A stretch of DNA of 64,000 nt from the NCBI RefSeq assembly GCF_006345805.1, contig NC_043007.1:4464001-4528000 (forward strand). The letters run 5' to 3'. Made by a program: the position numbers and the translations under genes. The notes beneath the pieces were generated by a model. The model was not told where the DNA came from and did not search any database. It saw nothing but the letters and a program-made list of their open reading frames with translations. Below, piece by piece: positions 25,963 to 39,490 of the stretch (its first letter is position 1; each line of letters starts with the position of its first letter). This stretch comes from Octopus sinensis. Taxonomy: Eukaryota.

Positions 25963-27429
25963 CACATATGCTTGTGTGTGAATGCATATCATAGGTGTGT
26001 GGGTGTATACACTCAACAAGTATAAGAGGCAGTATGGGTGGAAGAATGATGTTTTATATTCTCTTCTTTCAATACAGTTGCCCCATCACTGTATCTACTA
26101 CCACCATCCTCCTGTTGGACTTCCTTTATGACTAAGAAGTGCTAAGTAAAGATACATATATATATATATATGTATATGTATATTATATGTATGATGTTGA
26201 TTCTACTCTGACGACTATGAGTTGTGTATGGTATTAATATCAGAATTATTATAATATACACCACACCTTTCCCTTATCCACTATCATTGCTTTGCAACTG
26301 GATAGCGTTTGGATGGGTTTATTAATAGCATGAGGGCTGTAGCATGTATGAAAAAACAACCACTCATCTGAATCTACATGAACAGGTGTGATTCCCGTCT
26401 ACATTTTAATATGCTGGTTATTATTAAATTACACACAATTTCTGTGAGGTTATGCATCTAGACTACTGGCGACATGGTCATAGGTTTAAATCTTATTATA
26501 GCCATTGCAGTGTGTTCCCGAGCAAAACAACATAACTTTCCTTACTTTAGTCTGAATTACCGATAAAAATGAGGCTTCAGTACTTCACAGTTGAGTGATT
26601 AGCAATAGGAAGGGCATCCAGCTGTAAAAGCAATTGCCATAATAACAAACCATCAACATCCTTTCTGTACAATTATAGAAAATACATGGCAAAATGAATG
26701 TGTATATCTACGTATCATCATCATTTCTTGTGTTGGATAGATCTTCTCTGCAGCATATTTCTACACAACATGATTCATTTTTGGTTCATTCATGAGACTC
26801 AGCATTTTGCATTCCAACCTCAACTCTTCTTCCCATAACTTCTTTTTACAAGCCAAGGAAGGAGCCTCTATACAGGTACTTAACCTGCTAGAAATAGAAG
26901 TTAGATCTCCTTTAAAGGAGACTCTATCAACTTAAGAAAAGGACCTACTGGATAACATAGCCTTGGGGGTACAATTCCACACAATATCCCCCAAAATAGG
27001 TTGTTCATGACTTGAAGGCCCTTAACCATATTCTTGCTCTGTTAGGCCTGATCTGGGGCTAAACTTACAAGTTCTTTGTGCTTTGTACATCTTTCACCCA
27101 ATGCTCATCAGCAATTTGATTCACAAACCAGTTACAGTCCAGGATGATATTGTAGAGTTTAAAGAGTCTGCCCACTCCTCAGCTTCCTCCTAGATGATAA
27201 TCGTATCCCTTAGGATATCAACCTTCCTAATATCATTTCAGTTGCCAGATACAAAACTCTCATTTTAAGTGTTCCTATTTAAATCGAAACCTTCTGTTGC
27301 AGTTTTATGGAAGTGGCCTTTTGTTAAGTTGTAACCCAAACACCAGCTTCATAATGCTGAAGGGAATTTTGGTTAAATCCTTCCAAATAAATGATTGTAG
27401 CACAGAGGAAGTGGGTTTCATGTGGAAAT

Positions 27430-27760
27430 GTAATATGGTTATTGAAGGGTTGCAAGAAAGTTGTCTCTTCTCCAGAAATTAACCAATGATTGGAATACCT
27501 GGTCACTTTCTCAGTTCATTTCGGCTCCACCTTTTATACAGATTTATGTTACACATCCAAAGAATCATACCTAACTCATCACTTGTTCCACAGCCTCTGC
27601 AGCCGCTCTTCCATGTTTCATACACAGGGTCAGTTCCAACCATCAACATTACACCCTTTATGCAAGCTACACATGTTCTGACTTCTGAATGGTCAGAGAA
27701 ACATCTGGTTATCAGTAGAAGTAACAACACCCTGAAATTCTTCCCCACCCACTCATATTT
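27430..27760 (-). pseudogene. RTE LINE C-terminal relic
   Basis: KNFRVLLLLLITR...ACIKGVMLMVG...ETW...MILWMCNINLYKRWSRNELRK resembles RTE KFRELLPLL...ACVRS-ML-GSETW...MLRWMCNV...LR. Confidence 0.65.
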
Positions 27761-28255
27761 GCAATATAATGTTAACATATATGTATATGTGTGCATGTAT
27801 GTGCATACCTGTAGATATGATCAATACATATACATGTGTGTGTATATATATAGTATCTATTTATACAACACGTGTACATAGTGCTTATATAACATGCATG
27901 CATACATGCATATGTGCATAGATACATATGTACGTACGTACGTACATACATACATACATACATGCATACATACATGCATACATGCATACATGCATACATG
28001 CATACATACATACATACATGCGTATATGTATGCATCATTTTGATCCACTTTCCATTCTGGGGTGAGTTGGATAATTCAACAATATCCAAGAATCCAGATG
28101 ACCACATAATGTTTCCAATGTCGCAACATGCCCTTCCTAACACCAACCGTTTTGCAGAATGTACAAGGGGCTATTTTCCATTGCACTAGCAAGGTCACCT
28201 TGCAGCTTACATGACTGATGAGCCCTAAGGGTGTTTCACAAGTGGAAAGTAGAAT

Positions 28256-28279
28256 ATGAGAGAGAGAGAGAGAGAGAGC

Positions 28280-28326
<47 letters not shown>
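28256..28326. repeat. (GA)n microsatellite
   Basis: Direct reading. Confidence 0.95.
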
Positions 28327-28733
28327 CATGATGATTTCAGACAAGGAGCCGAGAAAAAGGTAAGAGAAGAAAAGAAGAACAGATTTATTGATGTGGGGGA
28401 GTAAGTGGCAAAGAAAGTAACAGAAGTGACACTGTTGGTGGAGGGATTATGGAAGGAACGGGGTAAAGGGGAAATGGTCTGTGTCAAGGGTTAGTGAAAG
28501 AGGCGGGGGGTGGGGTCAGAACAGAGGGGCAAAGGAGACAAAATGGGTTGTGTGGGAGTATCTTGTGATATTCTACTTTGCAAGGACAAATATGGACAGA
28601 AGGTGTGAAGAGTTCAAATGATACACAAATATATATCATATGTCTGTAATATATTTTAATATAACACTTATATATGGTGTATAATACCTATTTGTCTTAT
28701 GCATGCACACACGCATACAAGTATGCATATACA

Positions 28734-28769
<36 letters not shown>

Positions 28770-28969
28770 TGTTGTGTGTGTGTGGGGGGTTGTATGTATG
28801 TACGTACATATACTCTAGGTGTGTGTGTGTATTTATAGAGAGCCTTAAAAATAATGCTTAAATCAATGTTGTGTGTAGAATTTGGCAAGAAGTAGAGAAA
28901 CAATAAAGACAAAAAGGTTGTCAAAAAGACAAAGTAACTAAAAAACAAAATAGCAGCATTTCGCTGAGC

Positions 28970-29082
28970 CTCACCAATCCTCCATGGCCACCACCAATCT
29001 CATGTTTATTTATTTATTTATTTATTAAATAAGAAGTAACAATAAAAGACAACTGTTGTAATCTTACAGTCGCTATGGTTAC
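28970..29082. promoter_or_regulatory. Candidate promoter: two CCAAT boxes and an RFX X-box-like motif
   Basis: caccaatc occurs twice (about 28972, 28991); GTCGCTATGGTTAC at 29069-29082 in non-repeat sequence. Confidence 0.3.
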
Positions 29083-30034
29083 TGCAAGTTTCCATCTATG
29101 AGCAAAATTGTCTGTTCTAAGTTCTAGAAGTCAGGATTTGAATTTGGCAGAAGAAGAGGATGGAGAGCGAAGAAGAAGCACAAATATGTTTGGTGTAGTT
29201 TATTACATTGTTGCTGTTACTGTTGTTGTCATCCGTTTTTTTTCTTGTTTTTTCTTTCTCTCCATTTTTTTTTTTTTCTGTTTTCTTCGTCTCTTCTTCT
29301 TCATGTATTTAATCCAGTGCAAAAATTTCTTCAACTTTGGAAAATTATTTTTCGTGTATCTTCAATTTCGGTCCTGTTGCAGATGGTAGGAGTGTTCTAT
29401 GTTTTGCTTCTTTGGGGTTTTTTTTTCTCTTTTCTTACTTTTTTTCCTATAAACATTATGATTTTGGATTTTGCTTTTGTTATTCCTGATGATGATGATG
29501 ATGTTGTTGGTGTTGGTGTTGGTGGAGATTAATGGTGGTGCTATCATTATTCTCTCTGAATTCCCAAGGATTATTTGTTAACATTTCCACCTCTGTTGCT
29601 TACGTTTCCTTTTCCTTTTCCTTCTCACAGTCGAAGTCAGAATGGAGAAGAAGCAACAGAAATATTTATGGAGTAATAATCAGTCTTACCGATTTCTTTT
29701 TCTTGTAAAATTCATCTTCCTTTTAGCAGTGGAGTTGTAATCATAGTTCCTAATACAGGCACAAGGCCAGCATTTTGGAAGGGAGATGGAGGTGTAGGTG
29801 GGGGTGGAGGTGGAGGTAGTTGATTATGATGACCCTTGTGTACCTGATTGGTACTCTATTTTATCAATCCCAGGAGGATGAAGAGCAGAGTTGACCTTGG
29901 TAGGTTTTGAACCCTGAGCTTAAAGTACCAGCACATATACAGTAAGGCATTTTCTCAGAGAGAGAGAGAGAGAGAGGAAACAGTGAGAGAGAAAAAGAGA
30001 GAGAAAGAAAGTTTTAATGATAGTAACAGTAATC

Positions 30035-30066
<32 letters not shown>

Positions 30067-30184
30067 GATGGTGATTGTTGCAACAATTCTAAAAATAAAC
30101 TCCTGTGTTCATAGTTTTCCTGTTACCATTGCAACCATCAACTCTCACTGCCAGAAACAACAATCACAACTACAACTGTATAGG

Positions 30185-30515
30185 GGTTGGGCACTCCATC
30201 GGTTAGGGTGACGAGTGCTCCAGGTGATTTGATCAGCAGAACACCTTGCTCATGAAATGAACAAGCAAGCGGCTGAGCACTCCACAGACTCACATAACCC
30301 TTAATGTAGTGCTTAGGGAGAATCAATATAACGTACCAAATGTGACAAGGCTGGCCCCTTTTCAGTTACAGCTACAGCTGATTTTTATTGGCTGAGTGGC
30401 CTGGAGCAACCTGTAGTAAAGTGTCTGGCTCATGGGCACATTGTGCCACTGGCAATCGAACCCACAACCTTACAATCATCAGTTGAATATTCTAACCATT
30501 TAGCCACATACCTTC
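30185..30515 (-). mobile_element. tRNA-derived SINE family D
   Basis: Minus strand gtggctaaatggttagaa...gtgggttcgattgcc head; second copy at 63210-63532. Confidence 0.85.
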
Positions 30516-30529
30516 ACACAACCATACAG

Positions 30530-30930
30530 CTATTCTTTTATTTGTTTAAGTCATTTGAGTGTGGCCATGCTGGAGCACTGCCTTTAGTCAAACAAATTGA
30601 CCTCATGACTCATTCTTTGTAAGCTTAGTACTTGTTCTATCCATCTCTTTTGCTGAACTGCTAAGTTACAGAGACATAAACAACATCAACATCAGTTGTC
30701 AAATGATAGTGGTGGGGACAAACAGACACACAAACATATACACACATTTATTTATATATATATTTATATATGACGTACTTCTTTCAGTTTCCGTCTACCA
30801 TATCCATTCACAAGGCTCAGCCCTTGGTTATAGTAGAAGACACTTGCCCAAGGTGCCATGCAGTGGGACTGAACATAGAACCATTTGGTTGGAGAGCAAT
30901 CTACTTACCACACAGCCACTCCTGTGCCTA
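30530..30930 (-). mobile_element. tRNA-derived SINE family C, full length
   Basis: Minus strand ggcacaggagtggctgtgtggtaag...gttcagtcccactgc head, internal microsatellite and 3' half as in the other copies. Confidence 0.9.
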
Positions 30931-33900
30931 TACCATATTGTATATATTTTACAAAAACTATCACCAGTAACATTTCATCTCATCAGCTGCCATTAAACAA
31001 AAGAACTTTGCTTTTAATTATGCATGGTTAATATATAAATGAACCAGAAACAGAAAAAGGAACAAAACTTTCTTTAAATTTCACTGAGACATTCAAACTG
31101 TCTTAAAAATGTAGTGAGGTGATTTTTCACCAAATATTAGAAAAGGATGCAAGCATCAGCAAAAAGCTGGTGATCTTTGAATTGAATCCACCAAGCTACA
31201 GGTGCTCCTTTTCACACCTGATACCAAAAAAAGGCACTGAAGCTGTGATTGGTCCATTAGAAAACTGTAACCAACAACACAATTATTTACAAACTGTAAT
31301 AAAAAAAAAAAGAAAAACTGCCACAAAATGTGTTGGGGTTAAAGTTTACCTGTGAAGGATAAGTGATACTGCAGGTAGTTTTATTGCAACTAAATTACCT
31401 GATTGCAATTTATTATATGAATGTTATGTCATTTTGCATACCTGATCACATCCACCCACTTGCCTCATTTGTCTCACTTCCTGCCACCCTTAATATATTT
31501 CAAGCTACCTTAGAGAACTGGGTACAATGCATTCGGTTCAGTTCTTTGTTCTTAGAATTGCATTTCTTTGAAATTCCTTCTTTCATTATGTTTTCCTTCC
31601 CACAACTAACAGTGAAAGATAAAAGCAAGCATTAAGTGCACAAACGCCATCCAAAAAGCCCTACACTTGATTCAAAGAGGACCCTATTTACTCAGACACA
31701 ATTATTTAAAATAAAAGAAGCAACTCCTAGCAACTCAAAATATCAAACTCAGAAACCCCTTCATCCAGTTATCATAACTCAGCAATTCAGAATGTTGTAA
31801 TAGGCGCTATAATGATGACCCTTATTTCTTAGATCTAAAAAAAAAAAAAAAATCAAATTTAGTGAGGCCCTGTGTTCAACTTTAATGACAAGCACTATTA
31901 TGAGGCATTATAAATCTCAAAGTCAATTATTTTTCCCTTGTGCATTGTTTGTGGAGGCAAGGTCAGTGCCTCCACACCTATTTCATATCTGATTATTTGG
32001 CTTCGCTTCAGCAAGAATATAATACACTCTGTTTTCTAAAGACATGGTTGTTTCATTATACAAAAATATAATAGAATTTGTAAAATGAGTTAAGTTATGG
32101 TTCCATTAGTTCTTAACTTTTGGTGATGGTTCTTCTTCCAAATTTATTAACTCACTTCTTCCACACTATCACAAACCAATAATTCTTTTTTCAAATTTTG
32201 GCACAGATCCTTAATACATTCTTCAGATTCTTGTCCAGACCATCAATACTATTTTTCGGGTTCTAGCATAGATTTCTTCAAATTCCAGCATAGACCAAGG
32301 ATACTTTCTTCAAGTTTTCACATAAACCATCAAATTTCAAGGAACGGCCAAATTAAACTTTTTTGATGCTTCAGTCATTTCAAATTCAAATTTCACAATG
32401 TTCAGATTTCCCTTTCTTCAATTATCCAGATTTATCACCAATAAAAGAAGCATAAGTAATATCCAGGGATTAATTCAATCAAAGATGACAACTCCCTTCA
32501 CAATAATAGCATCTAGCCTTGTACCTAGTCAAAAGAAATCCATATATATTCATTGATGCAAGAATAAAGTATTTTTTTATCTCCATTCTATCTCCTTCTG
32601 CTACTTTTAGCTGTAAATCCATTTTTGTACAAACAGCTGAACAGTTAGGAAAAAAAGGGGGGAAAGGATTTTCTTTTATAGAAGTGTAACAAAGCATTTG
32701 ATGGAATTGCTTCTAAAAGCCTTGAAATCGTAAGACAATGCCAACACTGGAAAGCAAAATAGAAGCTTGTGTGTGTGTGTGTGTGTGTGTGTGATAAATG
32801 TAAAAATCCACAAAAATCCATCTTTAGAGATTACATCACTAACCTCATTCTCAATCAAAAACAAATGAAACTATAACAGCCATCATGCATGCTCATAAAT
32901 GCATATACATACATATGCACAATAAATATACATAGATAGCTATAATGTCTCTATTTCTGTGTTTATTTGTGTACACAGGAAATAACCTTATTTATATGTG
33001 CACACAGTCATACATACATGTGTGTCTGTGTATGCAAAAGCACTGACACACACAATATGTATGCACACATACACATTGACATGCATACACACACACACAT
33101 TGACATGCATACATAGCTACATATTTCTTTACATTCTGATTATGTTTACAAACCATGTTGAACAATGGAGGAAAATTATGTTATTCTCAATTACTCAAGC
33201 AATTATCAGCTAAAATTGTTAATAAGCAAACAAAATCAAATATTTATTCCATTCGTTTTCTGTCTCATCAAACATCTCTACCAACGCCGCCACCACCGCC
33301 ACCACCACCACCACCACCACCACCACCACCAGCTGCTCAGTCATTTTCCAGTGTTTTCTCCTCTTTTAATTTAAATCTTTCCCCATATGTAATGGCATTA
33401 TTGTTTTACATAATCCTGCCTCAGTGATTATCATGCATCGGGTGTGGATGGAGTTGCTACTCTATTCTGATTGTTATCACCAAATGACCTTGGAACAGAA
33501 ATGCTGCTTGTTTCCAAACGTCTCTACTTTGCAAGAATATTTTGATCAAGCTGGTTAATATGATCACAAAACACCACCAGTCATTGGTCATTGATTGCTA
33601 CTGACCTCTCACAACAACTAAATGTACGTTTACACCTTTGCCAATTAACAGCCATCCACCATTAAAATACACAACGAGCTCTTTGTCAGTAAAACATGAA
33701 TGAAAGTGCATAACCTAATGGTTAAGGTGTTGGGGCATAATCATAAGGTTGTGGGTTCAATCTCTAGACCAGGCACCATGTATCCTTGAGCAAGACACTT
33801 TATTCCATGTTGCCCTATGTTGCCTACTCAGCTGAGTATGAGCCTAGTGTGGGTGCAACCCTCTTCTCTTCCAGCTGCCACACTCTGCTGGAATGGTTGA

Positions 33901-34729
33901 AAGGGTGCCTATGACTGCTCATGAATACCCAGGCACCTAAAAGTATTAGTGAAAACATCATAATGCTACCTGAACATATTCTCTTGTGAGTGATGGTCAT
34001 GTTTTTTTTTGTTTTTATGATATTACTAAGGAACAAGTTGTAACTTATTGTGACTGTTGAATTTTACTGGCTTCCTTTCTGAAATGACGGTCAACCTCTG
34101 CCGTAGTATGCTGGTAGCCACCAATTTTTCAAAATACAACCAATCTTTTCAAGAGCCCTCTAAACAGACTCTACTGCAATATGCTGCTAGTTGCTATCAT
34201 CAAAATGCAATTATCTTTAACCATCAAATTTTACTAACTTTTCTCTAAAAGCAAATAACACTTCTAATCTCTCATGATATGGAACTAACTTTCATTATTA
34301 AAACAAAAGCTTTATCATCAAACACTATCAGGTTTTATTATTAAAAAACAACAAACTCATTCATCAAAGTGTTCCTAATCCTTTTCCAATTTCATGACTG
34401 AATGCCATCGGCTTTTAGCATCCGATGCAACCAAATACCTTTTAAAACATTGTCAATTACATCTATGAAAGCTTTAATAATTTCCTTTCACCTACTGGCC
34501 TTCATTTTCAGAATATATCATCTAACACAAATAAGTGAGAGGGTTTTATGTAGTCAGCTTACTTGCTCCATTTAGCACCTAAATCTTCCCATAATCAGCA
34601 TCTTGTCATGGCAAATATTTTTGATTTAGTTCTTAAAATCTAGGACAGCACCACTCTAACAATAACAATGACAACATCACAACTAGAATTTGCATAAGCT
34701 GAATCTGAAAAATATTTGTACTTACATAT

Positions 34730-35085
34730 CAAAAATCAAATGGAAATTGTAGTTAAGATACCCGTGCCGGTGGCATGTAAAAAGCACCAACCGAACGTGG
34801 CTGATGCCAGTGCCGCCTGACTGGCATCCGTGTCAGTGACACGTAAAAAGCACCAACTAATCGTGGCCGTTTGCCAGCCTCCTCTGGCCCCTGTGCCAGT
34901 AGCATGTGAAAAGCACCCACTACACTCACAGAGTGGTTGGTGTTAGGAAGGGCATCTGGCTGTAGAAACACTGCCAGATCAGACTGGAGCCTGGCACAGC
35001 CTCCTGGCTTCTCGGGCACCGGTCGAACTGTCCAACCAATGCTAGCATGGAAAACGGACATTAGACGACGACAACGATGTCATCA
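34730..35085 (+). mobile_element. SINE family B
   Basis: Reverse complement of 6655-7020. Confidence 0.9.
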
Positions 35086-38000
35086 TCTTGATGTTCTGAA
35101 ATTTTGAATGTTTTTTTTTACTTTGTGTCGGTTACAGGTGTCTGCTTTAGAATGGTTGATTGTGACTCTGCTGCTCAACAATGGTGCCAATAATTTTTAC
35201 CATAAAATGTCTTTGTCAAATCTAGAAAGCTCCACACATTCTTTTTAAAAACTTGCAATTGATAGAAAAGTTGTGAAAGGTCCCTCTGCCTAAAACATTG
35301 ATTAAATCAATGCCTCGTGAGTAATGGGTGAGGCTGTTTGATTACCCCACTTTGAATTTCAATGGCAATTGTTTTCCTTTTTTTATTTATTGACATCACT
35401 GGAACCCCTTAAAAGAGCATGGACACTACAGCTCTTACTTTCCATCCTATAAATCTGGTTGGTTCTAAGAAGGTTCAACTGTGATTCAGACATCTCATCA
35501 CTCTTAGAATGTTTCACAAACTCTCCAACTTTTTATTAAATATTTGCCAAAAACATCTTCTGTAGAATTGTATCGTGGAACCCTAGTCATCTGTATTTCC
35601 CATCATCCACCAAGATTTCACACTGAATATTAATCACATTAATCTTGTCTATTTATCCCTACCTAAGTATCGCAGAACATCAAGACTTTGGGCTCTGACC
35701 AATCCTCTTCTTCCTGACTAATTAATTTAAAAATTGAAGTTTTTTTTAATAACATCAAATACATTCGACTCTTTCTTGTGAGTTATTCAAATATACATTA
35801 AAGATCACTTTGAAAGGGAGTTGTGAAATTACTTCAGTACTGAAATAACTGGCAGTGTGAATACAGCAGAAAACTGAAAAGACTTTAGCAATAAAGATAT
35901 GCTCAGAGCTACTGCGAGGGAGGCATCGTTTATGGATAGACTGAAAGAAAATCTGGCTAAGAGTCTGTGGTGGATGACTGGTAAAAGAGGATGGAAAGTT
36001 GAATAACTTGAGAGAAATCAAGAGTTAGAACAGCAAAGAACGCTGCTTGTGACTGGAGTGCAGACTGTGCTAAAGATGCAGAGTGTTGTGGATGGTTGGG
36101 ATGACTTTGAGATAAGATTAGTCGAAAGACTGATAATCTCCAATGATCCTAAGTTGAGAAACTTATATCCAGTGTACAATCTTGTCTGTCTCTTGACTAC
36201 AGAATCATTGTTTCATCTTTGGAGTTATTCCTTTGTTTTAGGAGTAGTAGTAGTAGTAGTAGTATTGGTGGCAACAGCAGTCCTCATGATATTTCAATAT
36301 TCTTGCCATTTTTTCCTTTTACATGAATATCCCCAGCGTCATGCTATTATGAGCATTATCTTGTCTTTTCTTTTTTTCCCCATATTTCATGGTTTGGGAC
36401 AAACATTAAGGTAACTTTTTAAAACATAAACATGTGGAAGGACAGCAATATAAGTATCATCATCATCATCATCATCATCATCGTTTAACGTCCGTTTTCC
36501 ATTCTGGACGGTTTGGCTGAGGACTGGCAAGCCAGGAGGCCGCACCAGGCCCCAATCTGATCTGGCAATGATTCTACAGTTGGATGCCCTTCCTAACGCC
36601 AAAATGGTTAACAAAAAAGTATTCAAAGTTTTATTACTGTTGTTGCTATTGTTTTTGTTGTTATTGTTGCTGTGTTGGATAAAATATCTTGTCACATTTA
36701 GTTGCATCCCTTTACATTCTGAGTTCAAATTCAGCCAAGATCTACATTATCTTTCATCTCCTCAAAAGGTAGGTGATGAAATAAAGACCTGTTATGAAGT
36801 GGGGTTGATGGTATCAACTACCCCTCCCCTAAATTTCAGGCCTTGTGCCTATGTGAAAAAGTAATTATTATTATTATTATTATTATTTATTATTAGGGTG
36901 TTGGTGGTACATAAAAAGTACTCACTACACTCTTGGAGTGGTTGGCATTAGGAAGGGCACCCAGCTGTAGAAACATTGCCAGATCAGATTGGAGCCTGGT
37001 GCAGACTCCCGGCTTGCCAGTCCTCAGTCAAATCGTCCAACCCATGCCAGCATGGAAAGTGGATGTTAAACGACGACGATGATGATGATGGTGGTGTTGG
37101 ATTGGCAGAATCATTACAGTATCAAACAAAATGTTTTGCTGTATTGCTTTCAGCTCTCTAGAGTCTGAGTTCAAGTCCTGCTGAGGTCAACTTCATTTTG
37201 TATCCCTCTTGAGTTAGTAAAATTGATTACAAGTCAAGTAGAGTAGTCAATGGTATTGATTAACCCCTTCCTCTCAAGACTTGTGCCTTAATTAGAAATA
37301 AATTTTATCATTATTAATAGAGGTGATATAAGATTGACAAAATTGGTACAGGTCATGGTTTTAGTGGTCAGTTCAGTTAACTCTTCCTCTTCCCACCCTT
37401 GTGTCAATGGACAAAAATCATCAAAGTTCTACGGTGAGTACTGTAGAATAATAGCAAGTTCCTGTAGTTCTGGGAACAAAATCCAGTCTTGATTCATGGT
37501 TAAAGCAATTTCACTTCATTTATGCTGATAATACCCTTGAGACAAGCACCAAACATTAGACAATATGAATCAAACCCATTATTGGTACTGTTTTATTGAC
37601 GCCAGAGAGATAAAAGACAAAGGTTACACTAATGGGAGACCGGAATGTTAAAGGATATTGCTGTATACTGCAAGGCATTAAGTCTGGCACTCTACCAGTT
37701 CTCTTGTCACATCATCCTGATATTATCAATGATAGTGGTGGTGGTGGTGGTGGTGGTGGCGGCAGCAATATTTCTCATTGGATTAAAGCCACACATTTGT
37801 TGGGGAGGAATAAAGTCAATTGAAGTGAACTCCACCTAACTACAATATTTTTCGCTTTATCTTTTATCTCCCACTCGGTTCCACTTGACATCCAATTGGA
37901 CATTTTTTGTTATTTCACCTTAACCAAATCTCCTCTAATCAAACACTACACAAACCAATGAGGGCCTCTGCATGATTGTTTGACCTGCTAAAAACAGCAA

Positions 38001-38799
38001 CCACATTTCCCCCAACCCACACACTGTCATCTTGAAACATTGAATAAAACAGTCCTAGATGTATTTTGCCTGAATAAAAAAAAAAGGATCTGTCTCATGG
38101 TGGGAATGTCATAGGCACCAGGTAATGTATTTTAGAAGAGCTTAGTTGATTATAGTGACCCCAGTACATTGTATATCAACCCCATAAGGAAGAAAGATAA
38201 AGAGTTGAACTAGGGAGAGACTTTGGCTCAAGATTATAAAACTTTGAAGTGAGGTAAAGTTGGTTATACTGACCCTATTACTTCAGTAAAACTATGTTAT
38301 CAACCCCAGAGATAATGGTTTCAAATATAGGCACAAGGTCAGTGGTTTTTGAGGTAAAGGGAGTTGATTACATCAGCCCCAGTACATGAATGGTATCCAT
38401 TTTATCAACCCTGAAAAGATGAAAAGCAAAGTCAACCTCAGTGGAATTTAACACAATTTACAGCAGGTTTTAAACTTTTGTCATATTGAACACAGTATCT
38501 ATTCATTGAAATGTTTTTAAAAAGAACCCATTAATTTATTCAATGATGACTTAATGAGCCACTACTTCAAGTCCTCTCAGTATTAAGTGAATAAGTGATA
38601 ATCATACAAGGCTGGAAAGCTTGTATGATAACTAACTCTTCCGAATAGGATATCAATTTTAAGCAAAAGTCAATGAAGTGATTCAAAGAAACCCATCCAA
38701 TTTGAAACAGTTTACAAGTTCACATGCCCCTAAACTTAATCCAGTCAGTGGAATAAGTTCTGCATAAGCCAATTCTTTTTAGATGAGATGATAAACATA

Positions 38800-39000
38800 A
38801 TAAATGCTCTGACTCGGTCACCTTGTAGAAATACTTGCCAAACCTCTCTGAAACCACACTCTATCATGTTAAAAGCAAGAAGGATACATTGGATAATGTT
38901 GTCCTAGATACACAATGCCTTAGGTAGAAGACGGGATAGTCATAGCTGGAATGTCTTTAAGCATTCTGTACAATTAGGATTTGCTGGGGGTCTAAACAGC
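38800..39000 (+). mobile_element. Old interspersed repeat family G
   Basis: tagaaata..gccaaa..tctct..aaccacac..tcat.ttaa..ggatacattggataatgt.gtcctagatac recurs at about 24030-24220 (-), 26860-27065, 37960-38120 and 63890-64000. Confidence 0.65.
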
Positions 39001-39124
39001 ACATATATTTATTTGGGGTGCAAACACAGTAAAATAAAGTGAAGGCTATGAAAGGATGGACTGAAGTGGAATAAGATTTGCTGAATAACCTTGATTATAG
39101 ATTGGTTCTGGATTTCAGGTGCTT

Positions 39125-39490
39125 ATTTCTGATTAATGGAATATATCTGAAACAAGGATGTACTTAAAGGATTGCAATTTGAATTTTGTTGTGATGCAAA
39201 CAACAGGGTTTCTTCTCTCTCATTAAGGACTTTAGCTTGTAAGGTGAGGATCTTAAGCATTTCGGTTGCACACACCTTGCAATCACTCTCATGCCTGTTG
39301 TATGCTTTCACCTTCATGGCCATATTTCAAGACTGTAAGGTTCTCTTCCTTCATCTTCCAACTTCCAGGTTTATTTTGGCCATGGAGTGGAATTGCAGTT
39401 GTTCCTGTCCTTGAATGAATAGACAGACTTTGTTTACCAAGCTGCAAATAAAGTTTTATGAAATTGATGTATGTTGTTTTCCAAACCATC
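39125..39490 (-). pseudogene. Possible LINE RT relic
   Basis: KVKAYNR...AKVLNEREE...CNPLSTSLFQIYS loosely resembles the KAFD...QG-LSP-LF-IY spacing. Confidence 0.3.

Noticed and set aside
28214-28250. CTGATGA-GCCC-taa-GGGT half hammerhead
   Set aside because: No GAAA directly after stem II and no stem I.
38601-38629. Hairpin atcatacaag...cttgtatgat as a pre-miRNA or terminator
   Set aside because: Too short for a pre-miRNA; intrinsic terminators are not relevant in this eukaryotic context.
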